Source: Balanoglossus misakiensis
Taxonomy: Eukaryota > Animalia > Hemichordata
Direction of reading: 5' to 3'
NCBI GenBank assembly: GCA_040954595.2
Contig: CM082587.2
Location: 2,984,275 to 3,048,274 of the forward strand
Length of the DNA stretch: 64,000 nucleotides
Under the pieces are notes generated by a model. The model did no database searches. It had not been told where the DNA came from and saw only the letters and a list, made by a program, of their open reading frames with translations. The first letter of the stretch is position 1, and every line of letters begins with the position of its first letter. This document shows positions 38,905 to 52,700 of the stretch, in pieces. The translations under genes were made by a program, and so were the position numbers.

Positions 38905-41900
38905 CTAATCGTCCAAATAAACCGATCTCCTCTCAGCTGCCGTCTTCAGTTCCTTCATCAATGCTCCAAATGAAGTCTCTTCCGTATGCAAATTCTGTGA
39001 TTGCCGGGATTGGACACGACTACTTGACTGTGCTGCGGCACCGGCACTGTTTGCCATCGGCTGTGAGTTCATAGGTGAAGGTGAGGGCAATTCCAAATCT
39101 TTAACATAATTCCTGGGAAAAATTCCTGTCTTTCCATGAAGTTCTCCCTGAAACCACTGGTCATCAACTGCGACACGGAGAACAAAATCAGTTTACCTCT
39201 TGATTGACTTTTATGTTTCTAAAATGTGATACATTATCTCCTCACCCCAGTGGTTGTAAGTTTAAAGCTTTCTATACCAGAAATTAGTGATTTGCACGTT
39301 ATGTCACTTAGGCAGTGGTATTACATATTAGATCTCTGAACTTACCTTCAATGACATTACTGAGTATATTGCCTTGTATGAAGCTGAGATCACATGATTG
39401 CCTTCCTTGAAAGTCGTACAGTGCAATGACCTGCTTGGCTTCTTTGCTTTGCTGTTGTTCCTGTAAATATTGACAAATATTATGCAATTTAATATGAACA
39501 TCTTACATAAAAAGTAAAACCTGAGGAGTGAGTTAAAATGCAAAGGCCATACTCAGTACATTTCCTACCTCAGCTGTGTAGCACCATAGTGTTAGGCGGC
39601 CGTACTTCACTGTACCCCACAAATCATTTACTCGGAACTCGTTGTTGATGCAAAGTAAGTGTGGGTTGCCCTCTTTTTTATACCTGTCGAAATAAAAACA
39701 AATCAAAATTTCACTTCCTGGCTGGCTGGCTGGTTAATGGTGTTGGAGAATGCACATTATAACACTGGTCAGTTTACAAACCACACACCAGACATCACTG
39801 GTTCATTTGCCTCAACAGATGTACCTACCACATATTTAACTGGGTGGGTGACCTCTCAAATTTTTTGCAGATAGTCTCGTTGAGCACCTTGTAAGACGTC
39901 CCGGCTTTGATCTTGATGGCACAGGTGTACTTGAGGTGGACCTTGACAATGACATCTGTGATCGGGCCGGCGTTGTACGCGGGCAGCGAACCAGGAGTGG
40001 CGGCCATGTTACGTGTCGGTTGCCATTTGATGGTTTTTTGCGACGCTTTGCCCTGTTGAATTGATAACTCCTTGTGAGTCAAACATTAACTTCATGGGTA
40101 TTTTTTTACAGCTGCAGTAACTCAGATGAACTCACGGTTCCACTGAACATATTTTACATGGAAAAAAACACGAATATACATACAGTTTTGTACAGCAATA
40201 TAACAGTAAAGTCATTGATACCTTTGAATTGGAAACAAATCACACAACTAAGTAATATCTGTTTAAGGTAAATTACATAACCTATTACATAATGTGATTC
40301 TGCCATTTGGCTGCAAACAAATACACAACTGTATTATATATGATTGGGTTGCCATACATGTTTTCTGTCATTCCTACCTGAACTCCTCTATTTGAAATTA
40401 CAGGTAATTATCAGTTTTATCAAGAAAATTGCTGTCACAATTTTGTCATGTCTGACTGACAGTCTGATAAAATATTTGTTTATAAACTGTTCTCACGGAT
40501 ACTGTATATAATAAAAGAGAATTTTTTTTTTTTTTTGATGAAAGCAAAAAATTTTGGCCCAAAAAGTTCATGTGGGATCTTTTACTGTGACGATTCAGCC
40601 CCTCCACCCTGGCGACACTGACAGTTGCCCTCTATGGCATAACAGATGTTTCCTTTTGTTTTTTTTTCACGCTGTGGCCAATCACTGAAGTATCTTGGCT
40701 GGAGAGAAGTTTCTATCACATAATATTGTTCCTTACCTATCACAGAATGGGTGAGATGAAGGCAGAAAGAAAGGAAAAATATTAATGAAGTTAACAATTT
40801 CGTTGGCAAATTATGAGAATTTGTTGTATACGTGCAAACCAATACATGTAAAATTCTATAATCTATCTCAGAGGTTGCAAGATCTTCTGTGTAACAGATG
40901 GGGACTTTCTGAATTACAAAAACTGCAACTAGAGGCAAATTTGTCCAAATAATTCTGTTTTATTTGGTCCATCATTATTAAAGTTTTCATGTCCATATGC
41001 AAACAATGCTGCAAAAATTTTACAACTAGAAAACATGCAATCTACATCAAAAATTCAGTCACTGCATTTTTTCTCTGAGTTTTAAACCTATGTTTTCTAT
41101 GGTAAGGTCGGACCTCTATAGAGGGAAGTGGGGGTGAAACGGTTAATAGCGCTCGTAAATATTGTGAGTTAAAGTGAAAACAGCGAACAATCCAAGCACT
41201 GAGACGGATTACAAAACACAAAGTACAAAAACACAGTACATTGTAAATACAAAACTAGCCAAGAATCCTACTTATTACAACTTCACTGTACAAACAACAA
41301 CCATGCATGATGCTTCTACAAAAATACACACCTTACAAGAACCAATCTATAAAGTTGCTTTTCACCGAAAAAATGTTGCATTGCCATGAAAATGTGTCTC
41401 GTTTTTGATGAGTATTCCACACCAATGAACTTCTCATTGCATTTACAATTGCACTGATATGTGGAATGTTGCAGTGTAAATACATGTACATGTAACATTG
41501 TTCTATGTTTTCAAAACATAACAGATACTTTTTATGGACTGTAGATTAGGGAATAGGGGTGGATGGGTAAAATGAATGAACCCATGACCTACGTACTTAC
41601 CGCTGGATCATACGTAGATGGTGGTGGTGGTGGTGGTGGTGGCAGGGGTTTATTTGGCGCTGGGGGGATATCAGTGCGTCCCTGGATGTCGTTGGTGTGT
41701 TGCGGTTTCGATGAGGCTGCCGGCGGGACAGAGGGGACGGCCCGCTTGGGCTTGGGCGAAAGGGAAGGTTTGACGTTCTGGCCGACTGAGTGGAAAGCGG
41801 GGCCCAGTGCTGATGAGGGAGGTGGCGGTTTTGTTCTGCGGACTGGGTCGGGGCTTGCACCGGGGCTGTCACCCGCTGATGAAACATGCACGCCCGGCGG

Positions 41901-44490
41901 AACACTGCTGGCCGGAGCCCCACCTGGTGGGAGAGGGGGCGGTCTTGATGGAGGGGGAGGGATGGGCGGCGGTCTGGCCGGCGGTGGTGGAATGGGCAGG
42001 CCGCTTGAAGACAGTGGTCTGTTGGGTTTGCGGATGGCTTTGGGGCTGCCTGGCAACGTTTTGCTTGCTAATGGCGGCGGTCGACTTGGCAGTGTGTTTG
42101 CTTGGAAGTTTCTTGGTGAATGAGGCCTTTGCAGCAATGGGTTCTCCTATGACAAATGAAATGAACAGCATTAACAATATGTGTACATTGCATTTACAAC
42201 AGCAAATGGACAGTCATGACATATATCTGACTAAACCAACATTACTAATGATGTGCATAATATAAGCTATGAAAACAAACAAACACAAAACCTGAAATGT
42301 AACTATCTATAAATGTACCAGCATATCCGGTAATGCAACACAACAGAATAAATCAATATCCTGTCATCACTATCAAATATATTTTGAGACCACATGAATT
42401 CCAATCATATTTACCTTGACAACAGGAATGAACCCGGTTGCGTTGTCTTTCTCAGTGACCGATGATACAACTTTTGCCTTGCCTAGGTAGTCTTGCCTTC
42501 CAATGTTCGCAGTCTTGGACTTAGGGGGCCTGAAAATAGCTTCCTTTGGCAATTCCAACAGATCAGCTGATTTGCCCATCTGTAAATCAATCAAATTAAA
42601 TGGGGTGTGAACAAAATTGTTTCAGTGTGTCTGATACCATAAAATGAGAAATACATGTAGCCTGGAATTTGAAATCAAGTGAGATAATTTTTTGTTGATA
42701 TATTTCTGTATCTGTACACATATTTAGAATATGAGAAGTTGAGATCTGCCCTTGTACTACATTAGTTTACCTTTCTCACATTAAAATATTTACAGTTACA
42801 GGGTGTTAAAGCTAGTTCGCACCTGTTGTTTGGTCAAAATCTTTAGCTGTATCAGGCTGGTGTGTCAAAGGTCTAACGACAGCTGATTTCAATATTGCAG
42901 AACCAAGCCCTCCAAAGAGAGGTTGATTTCTGAACATGTTTTAATTGGAAAATTAAATTACCTAACTTTCGTTTCCTAAGTTTGGATGACACTGTCACAT
43001 TTTGCAGATCAAAGTGAGATATCACGTTGATGAAAAAAAGACCTGAAATGTCTCTCTGCCACCTGTTGCCTCCATACCTGTATTGACTTCCTGCTTTCTT
43101 CAATGTGTAGTTTCACTGGTTTGCAATTTTCAGCTGCTGCCACTGCTCTGTCAAGCAGCTCCAGAGCTTTGTGTTTCTCCCTGAGTGCATGGCACGTCAC
43201 CCCCAGATTGTGAAATACCTAGAGAAGAGGGAAGTTGAAGATAATCACGTAGTTGAGACATACAAGCATGTAGCATTCCACAGGCTGATGATGAAAAATG
43301 TGCCATGACTGAATTATTAAACCAAACTTCTGCAGTGCATACACACATAGGTATGCACGCCCAACAGCAAATGACTGACGGATTAATGGATATTGCGGAC
43401 ATAGGGTTAAAACACTAACATTTCAGACAAAACGAATGAATCTTGATGCTATTTTTGTCAGTTATTTCATACAAATCAGAACAAAAACTGACATGTATAA
43501 TCTCTCGTTACCAGAGCCAGTTAACAACCAGATTTAGACTTACTTCGCACTCATAGAGTACAGTTCTCAGGCCAAGCTGTTTGTAATCGATGTACGGTTT
43601 ACTTCTGAGGCAGGCATGGCTCTGTGTAAATGATGACTCAGCTAGAACGTACTTCTCCTGTTTGTAGTAGATGATGGCTAGTTGGTAGTGCCCTATGGCC
43701 AAGTGTTGGTCTTTGGTGATGGTGGCTTCAAAGGCCTGAATGCATGGCAAGACGAGAAAATGACTCAATTGATGTTTTGTCAACAAACATGTTGTCGTCA
43801 TGTAATGTTATATAATTCTTTACATTCATTGAATGAACATACAGTCTAGACTTCAGCTTAGGTGCATTTGAGACAGACATTGAATCATTAAGTAATATGA
43901 TTAAAATGAGAAGACTTCTATTTGTTGTATAATAGTACTCCTTGACCCTCGAGTGTTATTTTTGATTCAACTATGTCTCCATCCTGTATACTACGTGCAA
44001 ACCTCTGCATACAAGTGGAAATAGTGCATATCACACTGATACAAAAAAACTCCCTGGTAGGATTTCAGGTAATTCTTCTTTCTCGCTCAGTTGGAAAGTG
44101 ACACGAATCAGTTTCAATGACAGCTGTACTTTTTTCACTCTTGGCCCCACTGCTGTTTTGAATATCACTTTTGGGCATATATGCGCTGGTCAGTTCCTTT
44201 TTACAAGGTTGCATAGTATCGTGAAGTGCCCTTGGAAGTTGTAATGTTAAAATACCTTGAAATTTTGGGAAATACTATAAATATAGAATCACCTTTTCGG
44301 CTGCTTGCAAGTTACCCAAGGCCTGCTGCATTAACCCTATGTTGAAGAATATCTTTGCGGAAGGGTCGGAAATCTTCCAAAACGTCTGAAGTGCAGTGCT
44401 TGTGTCATTACGTTCGTAAGCTGCGACCCCTTCGTCCCAGTACAACAGAGTGTTGATCACAGCATTGGCTGTCGGTGTAGTTTCTGCCAT
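38905..44490 (-). CDS. NCF2: NADPH oxidase activator of the p67phox (NCF2)/NOXA1 family: TPR - activation domain - Pro-rich - PB1 - SH3 - tail
   Basis: TPR: WDEGVAAYE...SAKIFFNIG, KDQHLAIGHYQ, CLRSKPYIDYKQLGL. Activation domain: FRPPKSK...DYLGKAKVVSSV. PB1: VKVHLKYT...LTLWC (~39568-39960). SH3: ALYDFQGRQSCDLSF...DDQWFQGELHGKTGIFPRNYV (~39100-39430). Likely co-orthologous to both vertebrate NCF2 and NOXA1. Confidence 0.88.
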
Positions 44491-45203
44491 GTTAGCAACG
44501 TGTGGGAGTGGCGTGGCGGAGAGATGGTTCTGGGACACGTCGCGTCGTCACTTCGTACGCTCGAGCTTTGTGGAAGACATGTTGAGTAAACAACGACCGA
44601 GTTATCCTGTAACCTCACACAAACACAGGCTCTCGCACGTACGACCACAAGGCCAGCTCAGCCCACGCTCCAGTACGAACACAAGAATCCCGGAAGAATC
44701 CCTCTGTGAAATGACCTTTGACCTGGGCTTTTGCTGTGTCATGGAGCGCCCTCAATACAAGTGTCGGATAAAAAAGTGAGCTTTTGTTTTCCGGCGCATG
44801 CTTTTCTTTCAAGGATCGATATTTAAGAGGGTCGCAATTTACATGCGGTGACGTTTCGAAAAAAAAAATGCGGGCCCAACCTTTGTAGTTTCTGTCCAGT
44901 TCCTAAAATGTCCTATAAATATGTCTCCCTATTACCATTTTTTGTATTTTTATCACCGTGACAGCGGAAATAGCCGGGACAATATGTGTGACCAGAAATA
45001 AAAACGATGTCTGAAAATATTTCAAATATCCTATACGAATGAACACAGATTTTCAGAAACGATGATGGGCCTCTGAACTTTCCAATTTTAAGAGGAAATA
45101 ATCTAAAGTTGCAAAATATGAGAGAAAGTTTAAGACACTTTGTTTGCGAGGCTCGTTCTACTTTAATGCGGATACATTACATCATCGGTGAAAAAAGTGA
45201 GGT

Positions 45204-48200
45204 TCATTTAATATTCGCCTCCATGGGTACTATGTCGTTCTCTTGAACTATGTGAATTTCTCCAGTATAAAAGTTCACATCTTCCTCGGGTTTCCTAAAA
45301 TGAATGGAGAAAAGGATTGAAATGTGTGCGATACGGACATAGTTTAACTGATATTTAAATGTCAAGTCCGTTATCTTGTTTGTTGTTACTTTGAGAATGC
45401 AGACATATATATACGTTTATGATCGATATTGTACTCTGGTTGGTGCGCATGCATTCTATGATCTTTATGGATGATGAAATTATGGTAAAATTACTTTCCA
45501 AACTTCTCCCCTTCCTCCACTGTCTCAGGTAACTTCCTCCCACGTGTTTCTGGTAGAAACATAATGGAGAGCCCAGCAATGACGCATGCGCAACCGAAAA
45601 CAACTGGGGGTAGTTTTGCCCAGAGATTTGCCATCAACAAGAGCTGGGGCGCCAGAATACCTCCTACACGGGCAACCATCGAACACATACCAATACCAGT
45701 AGATCTGAAATGTGACGAAACAGAATGGCCTGTTAGGTGTGTCCACTCAGAAAAGTCGCGCATGTGTAGTTCAGGTTTTATACGTTTATCATACCCACCT
45801 TAACGGTGTTGGTAATAATTCGGCCGAGTAGACGTAGAGTATACCAAATGAACATGAGACCGAAAATTTGCTGATCGTGGCCAAAGTAATTCCTACCCAC
45901 ACGTAGTCGCCACCTACAACAAAATAAAAGTAGTATTCAAAACATACCAAGAATATCGATAAAGAGCAGCAATTCCATGCTAGAAGCAGGGTTACTTTGT
46001 TAATATAACCGAACTGATAGTGCTCGATCTGTAGTTTACAATTATATGTAACATTTAACTCTGTAAGCAGACGTGTTCTATGTGATGGGCTGAGGCCCTG
46101 GTATTTGAAATTAAATATATACATACATGGGGGTACAAACGCTGCACATATGCATCCAATCCCACCAGTTATCAATGTTGAGAACATTGACCATCGACGG
46201 CCAAGTCCTCGCACATCCATGAATATGGCTAGAATATAGGCTGGAATTTCCACAAGTCCAGACAGAAAACAGTTGAAATAGTCGTTGCCACCAAGGTTGG
46301 AAGTGTTGAAGGATAAGCCATAATAGACGAGAGTGTTAACAAACCTGCGGGGAAAACAGATCTTATTAATATTGTTTATACGTTGATGCTCTTAGGCAAG
46401 TGGATAATCCTGTGAGGTTATTGATAGACGAATTTGATGAAAATCACGTGTTTCACTCATTATAAAGTGGTTTATGCACTTACCAGTTATAAAACAGTAT
46501 GAGAGTCTTCTTTCTCAAGTTAGGTAGACGAAAGAGGTCAAGAAGACTTGCTTCTTTCTGATCTCCGTGCTCTTGGTCCTTCAATGAGAGCACAGTAATA
46601 AAGTTAAAACGCGAACAATTTCGATAATACATTCAAAATGGCGTCGTCCGTCGACTAATGATATGGAGAAGACTGTGGTATTTTATCGATGAAAATATGC
46701 AACAAGTGGCAGCTATTTGGGTTGTAATGTAACCCGTCTTTTTCAGCCAATAGGACATAAAACATGCACATGAATTAAAGGTCATAAGAAAGAACATGAA
46801 CCAATTCGCAAAGCCATGCAATGTATTTGACTCAAGTAACCTACGTGTTTATCACTTCCGGTACTCTTCACAGGATTCCAATGTTCACTGAAGATGTCGT
46901 CGGGCACTGGTACGTTGTTAAGTTCTCCGCATCTTCTAATGATTCGCTCGGCTTCTTTGTTTCTGCCAACGGAGAGCAACCATCTTGGAGATTCTGGCAC
47001 CAGCCTTTTGAGGGGAAAAAGTGAAGCAGTGCTCAAATAGGCCATTTTCCGAACACCACAAGACCTCGCGAGATCTCGTCATTTTGCCAAGAATGTAATT
47101 CAATGTGCCTGTCAAAATGTGCAATCATCTAGGTTTCAACTTACCACCAGTACGACACGAACAGCGCGGCAGGTACTGATAGAGCCAGTTGTAGTACGTG
47201 CCACTGCCGTATAAAATAGCCAAATGCGGCCACTAACGTGATACCCAATCCAAAAAACATTCCATAGGCCAACCCAGCGACACCTCGTTTGGATGGGCCC
47301 ACCAGTTCCATTGCTAAGTACAGAAGGAGAAGAACAGTTAACCAGTTGCATGTGTCGAAGATGAGGGTGATGCAATGTTAAAAAATTAAAGATCGTGCTT
47401 TTCATAAAAACCTACTCAAAGGAATGTTTAATATATATTACCTAAAACGAACCCCGCCAAATTTATGCCATAGCTTGAGCATGCAACCAAGAAACGACCA
47501 ATGGCAAAAAACAGATAGCTCGGCGCGAAGGCTGTTATCACTCCAAAAATAGTCGACGATGCAATGGCGATAAGGAAACCACGTTTGCGGCCAAATCTGC
47601 AAAATGAAAATTATAATATCTTAGACAACGTAACGGCGCATTTTTGGTAATATTCTATCTCTTAAAGTGACAAGGACTTTGGGGTTGAATATTCGGTAAC
47701 ACTTACTTGTCTTGAATAATCCCAAAGACAATTGATCCGACCAAGAATCCAGCCATGTAGACTGATGAAGACAGGGCACTAAGATATTCGCGGTCACACA
47801 CCAGGTCGAACTGTATAGTTGAAGTGAAATTCAAATGTGATTATTCACGATATATATATATATAACCTTCACAAACGGATAAATTAATGTAGACTGACTT
47901 AATCGACATACCTGTTGTACCACAGTACTTTTATACTGCGATGTATCATATTCCCAACCATGATCACACTTTATCGTGGCATTTCCGTGCAACATTTTGT
48001 CACGTTCAGTTGAAAGGGTTACGTTGTAACGGTAGCATTGGCTGAAGGTGGATGTAGAGCCGCATCCGATATCTTCTTCCTCTCTTGGGATGGTCAAGTT
48101 CTTCACCAACTCCACGCAGTTGTTGGTGACATTGGAAGGACAGATCTGCGCAATACTTTCGGCCGAGTCCGGTATTCGGCACCAGAAATCGGTTGCGGCC

Positions 48201-48331
48201 AAGAGGAACACGCCGCCGATGGTAGGAAGGGCAACATACGCCAAAGACAATCCCAGGAGGAAGAAGACCACCTTCTGGTACTTGCCGAATTCTCCGAGAA
48301 TGTGCTTTAACACGTCATCAAACTGCAACAT
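45204..48331 (-). CDS. SLC22-family organic cation/anion transporter, tandem copy A
   Basis: [81 protein letters not shown] and LPETRG. All exons read splice in frame. Confidence 0.92.
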
Positions 48332-49092
48332 TTTGGACTGAAGGAAATTAACAGTTAGACGATCACACTGCGCTGCGCTGTACAAAACCAGTATAAGCAA
48401 TATACAGAATTCAGATTAAGTTTCCAACAATTATGAAAAAACGTTGGGTCCAGTAAGGCCCCGGCGTTGGAACAAAACACACAAAGTACACATTACTTCA
48501 ATGGCTAAGGCTGAAACATTTAACTGGTACATTGTACTCATAATCCCCATGGGCTATATCACCAGTGCATGTATACTTACCGGCCTCACATGTGAAGCTA
48601 CTGAAGTTTTACTGTGAAGAAGTTCCAAAGCGAGTAAGCACTAGTTGATGAGCTGCCTCTCGCTACACATGTCTGATAATGCATGCAGTTGTATTCAGTT
48701 TGTTCTATAAGCAGGAACGTATTCCTTTATTTTTGCTACAGATCCTGGGGCAGCTCTATCTATAGCTTCACCAATACTTAGTACGAGACAGTGTTGATGG
48801 TATGATAGTAGCTGCTGCAATTAAATTGTAGCCTCGGTGGGCTGGTTTGATCAGCGCTATCAAACCAGCCCACCAAGCCAACAATAATTGCAGCCAGGTC
48901 AACAGTTTTGTGCTGCGATATGAAGCCAGCAATAATCTCTCGCCAATCGGCAAGTCTATGGTCGATACTAAGCATGATAGTCCGAGAGGATTTGAGGGGT
49001 GACACATAACATACCCACCTGAAAATCACGTTCTACGAAAGGGTCACAAAATGATTATCAGTACTCTGCTTGCATCAAATTCAGGATGGAGG

Positions 49093-49406
49093 CACAGGCG
49101 TAATATGCGTCTTTTTTTCGGGGAAATAAACAAACAAATAAAAAAATAAAGAAACAATAACCATTGTCCGCCCACTCGCGCGATCGAGTAGTTGACTCAA
49201 GAAGTGACTTGTGTCAAGGTCCCGTCCGTATGCTAGAATATTAAATTATTATATACCAATATACCAGCATACGGACCTGACCTTTGACACAAGCCACTTC
49301 TTGTGTCAGCTGCTCGATCGCGTGAGACGGCTCAATTCAAGACACCTCGTTGTTGTTTCTTTGTTTTTTATTTGTTTGTTTGTTTATTTCGCCTACTTCG
49401 CCTGTG
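49093..49406. mobile_element. Palindromic MITE (314 bp) with CACAGGCG termini and 6-bp TSD TGGAGG
   Basis: cacaggcg at 49093 and cgcctgtg ending at 49406. Long imperfect inverted arms centred at ~49250. tggagg at 49087-49092 and 49407-49412. The paralogous site (~53620-53625) has a single tggagg. Confidence 0.85.
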
Positions 49407-49700
49407 TGGAGGTGCACATACTTGAGGATTCAGTTTCCACGGGAACTACACACATATTGAAACTCTACAACTCTTTTATTGATATCCTATGAAAGGACAT
49501 ACATGTTTCCCTCACTTGGTTACTGCTACAAATAGTAGTTGTGATATTAGTAACCTACGGTGTACGTGACTTGAATACATTCTACTTAACTGGCTAAGCT
49601 CCATCTGCCTTCGCATAAAAAACGTGTATGCATGCACATGCAATGAGGAGTTGGTGTCAAGAACCGCTCGTTTCCTTTATCGGTCCGTGGTGTGGAATCA

Positions 49701-52700
49701 TTACAACATAGCCTCCAAAGGTACCATGTCGTTCTCTTGAACTCTGCGAATTTCTCCAATATAGTATTTCACATCTTTCTTGGGTTTCCTAAAATGAATG
49801 GAAGAAAAGGTTGAGACGTGTGCGATACGGAATAGTGTTTCTAAATGACATTTCAATGTCAAGTCCGTTGCCCTGTTTAAACATGTGCGATTCAAAAATT
49901 ATAAGTGACTGTACTCTAGATGGTGCGCATGCATTCTATGATATTTATGGATCACGAAATTATGGCAAAATTACTTTCCAAACTTCTCCCCTTCCTCCAC
50001 TGTCTCTGGTAACTTCCTCCCACGTGTTTCGGGTAGAAACATAATAGAGAGCCCAGCAATGACGCATGCGCAACCGAAAACAACTGGAGGTAGTTTTGCC
50101 CAGAGATTTGCCATCAACAAGAGCTGGGGCGCCAGAATGCCTCCTACACGGGCAACCATCGAACACATACCAATACCAGTAGATCTGAAACGTGAAGCAG
50201 AATGTGCGACATCGTTCCATACAACACAGGTGCTAACTTTCTTGCAAGTCAAAGTAGGCGCAAAGTGTAAGTGCATTGCAAACAATGCGCCACGTTACTT
50301 TGACATACAACGTATTGGTTGACATGGTCTCCCTGATAATGGAAACAATGCCGATGGTGTGTTTATAAACAAACAAGTCGCACATGTACAGGTCAGACGA
50401 AAAAATCCACAGGTTAAACAATTTTATCGAAGACCAAACCCACCTTAACGGTGTTGGTAATAATTCGGCCGAGAAGATGTAGACCAATTGAAAAGAACAC
50501 GAGACCGAAAATTTGCTGATCGTGGCCAGAGTTATTCCTATCCATACATAGTCGCCACCTAAATTATAAAAACAGGTTGATCAATAAAGCAAAAATTCCA
50601 TTCACACACACGCAGACAGACAAGCAGACAGACAGACAGACAGACATACAGACAGACAGGGGTCTGAGGCCCTGGCATTTGAAATAAACTAAAAATACAT
50701 ACATGGGGGTACAAACGCTGCACATATGCATCCAATCCCACCAATTATCATTGTACAGAAAAGTGACCATCGACGGCCAAGTCCTCGCACATCCATGAAA
50801 ATGGCTAGAAGATAGGCTGGAATTTCCACAAGTCCAGCCAGAAAACAGTTGAAATAGTCGTTGCCACCGAGGTTGGAAGTGTTGAAGGATAAGCCATAAT
50901 AGACGAGAGTGTTAACAAACCTGCGGGGAAAACAGATCTTATTAATATTGTTTATACGTTGATGCTCTTAGGCAAGTGGACAATCCTGCGAGGTTATTGA
51001 TAGACGAGTTAGATGAAAATCACGTGTTTCACTCATTATAAAGTGGTTTATGCACTTACCAGTTATAAAACAGTATGAGAGTCTTCTTTCTCAAGTTAGG
51101 CAGACGAAAGAGATCAAGAACACTTGCTTCTTTCTGATTTCCATTCTCTTGGTCCTTCAGTGAGTTGATCACAGTTATGAATTGCACACAAGAAAGTGAA
51201 CAAGTTAGATAATGAACAACAATCGTCGCATGCGCACATCTTAACAAATTCAAAATGGCGTCGTCCGTTGATTAATGATATAGAGAAGACTGGGGTATTT
51301 TATCGATGAAAATATGCAGTACGTGGCAGCTACTTGGGTTTTCCAGCCAATACAGGACATCAACGAATGTACATCATCCTCAAAAGTAAGGACAAGTCAA
51401 ATCAAAATCATTTGTTTGTAACCTACATGTTTATCACTCCCGCTCTTTGAAGGATTCCAATGTTCACTGAAGATGTCATCGGGCACTGGTACGTTGTTAA
51501 ATTCTCCGCATCTTCTAATAATTTTCTCGGCTTCTTTGTTTCTGCCAACGGAGAGCAACCATCTTGGAGATTCTGGCACCAGCCTTTTGAGAACAAAGCG
51601 AAGCAATGTTCAAATAGGCCATTTTCCGAACACCACAAGACCCCGCGAGATCTCGTCATTTTGCCAAGAATGTAATTCAATGTGCCTGTCAAAATGTACG
51701 TCATAATGACTACTCTAGGTTTCAACTTACCACCAGTATGACGTGAACAGCACGGTAGGTACTGATATAACCAGTTGTAGTACGTACCACCGCCGTATGA
51801 AATAGCCATATGCGGCCACCAACATGTACCCAAATGAAAAAAACATCCCATATGCCAACCCAGCTACACCTCGATGTGATGGCCCAACCAGTTCCATCAC
51901 TAGGCAACAAAAGAGAGTATTGTACACAGTCAATGCCATAAGGTAGTGCGCTGTCCTAGCAGAAAGCCTGCGACTTCTCAGAAATAAACATTATGCAAAT
52001 GCTTCTTACATAGTAGGACCAAAAATTATAGGGAAAGATCGTCTCAATCACCCCCACTGCCCAAACCGCAATTACCTAAAACAAATCCTGCCAAAATGGT
52101 GCCGTAGCCTGAACATCCGACCAAGAAACGACCGGTGACAAAAAGCGAATGGCTCGGCGCGAAGGCTGTTATCACTCCAAAAACAGTCAGCGATGTAACG
52201 CCGAGTAGGAAACCACGTCTGCGGCCAAATCTGTAAAAACGAAAATAAAATATTCTTTTCAAAACAATGCATTTGTTTTTTATTTGATATATTAACTGAC
52301 ATATACACAGGCCAGGTTGACTTGTATGGACGGAAGATATGTTTGCGACAACGATGTCATTCAAGGGAATGCTAATTGTATGGACATAACAACAATACTT
52401 ACTTGTCAAGAATAATCCCAAAGACAATTGATCCGACCAAGAATCCAGCCATATAGAATGATGAAGCCAGGGCACTAAGATATTCGCGGTCACACACCAG
52501 GTCGAACTGTACAGGTAAAGTGAAATTCAAATGTGATTATTCACAATACATGTATATATATAACCTTCACAAACGGAGATGGTTTTACAAAGATGATGCA
52601 GGACTGATTTTGTCGACGACATACCTGTTGTACCACAGTAGATTTATACTGCGATGTGTCATATTCCCAACCATGGTCACACTTTATCGTGGCATTTCCG

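Noticed and set aside
40582-40938. Possible missing SH3 or extra exon in the NCF2-like intron
   Set aside because: No SH3 motif. The candidate acceptor at ~40736 gives a stop after 6 codons in the required phase.
41133-41146. TTAA-flanked transposon-like end ggtgaaacggttaa (also atagggttaa at ~43401)
   Set aside because: No matching opposite terminus found.
41563-42265. Gly-rich plus-strand ORFs
   Set aside because: Antisense shadows of the Pro-rich NCF2-like exon.
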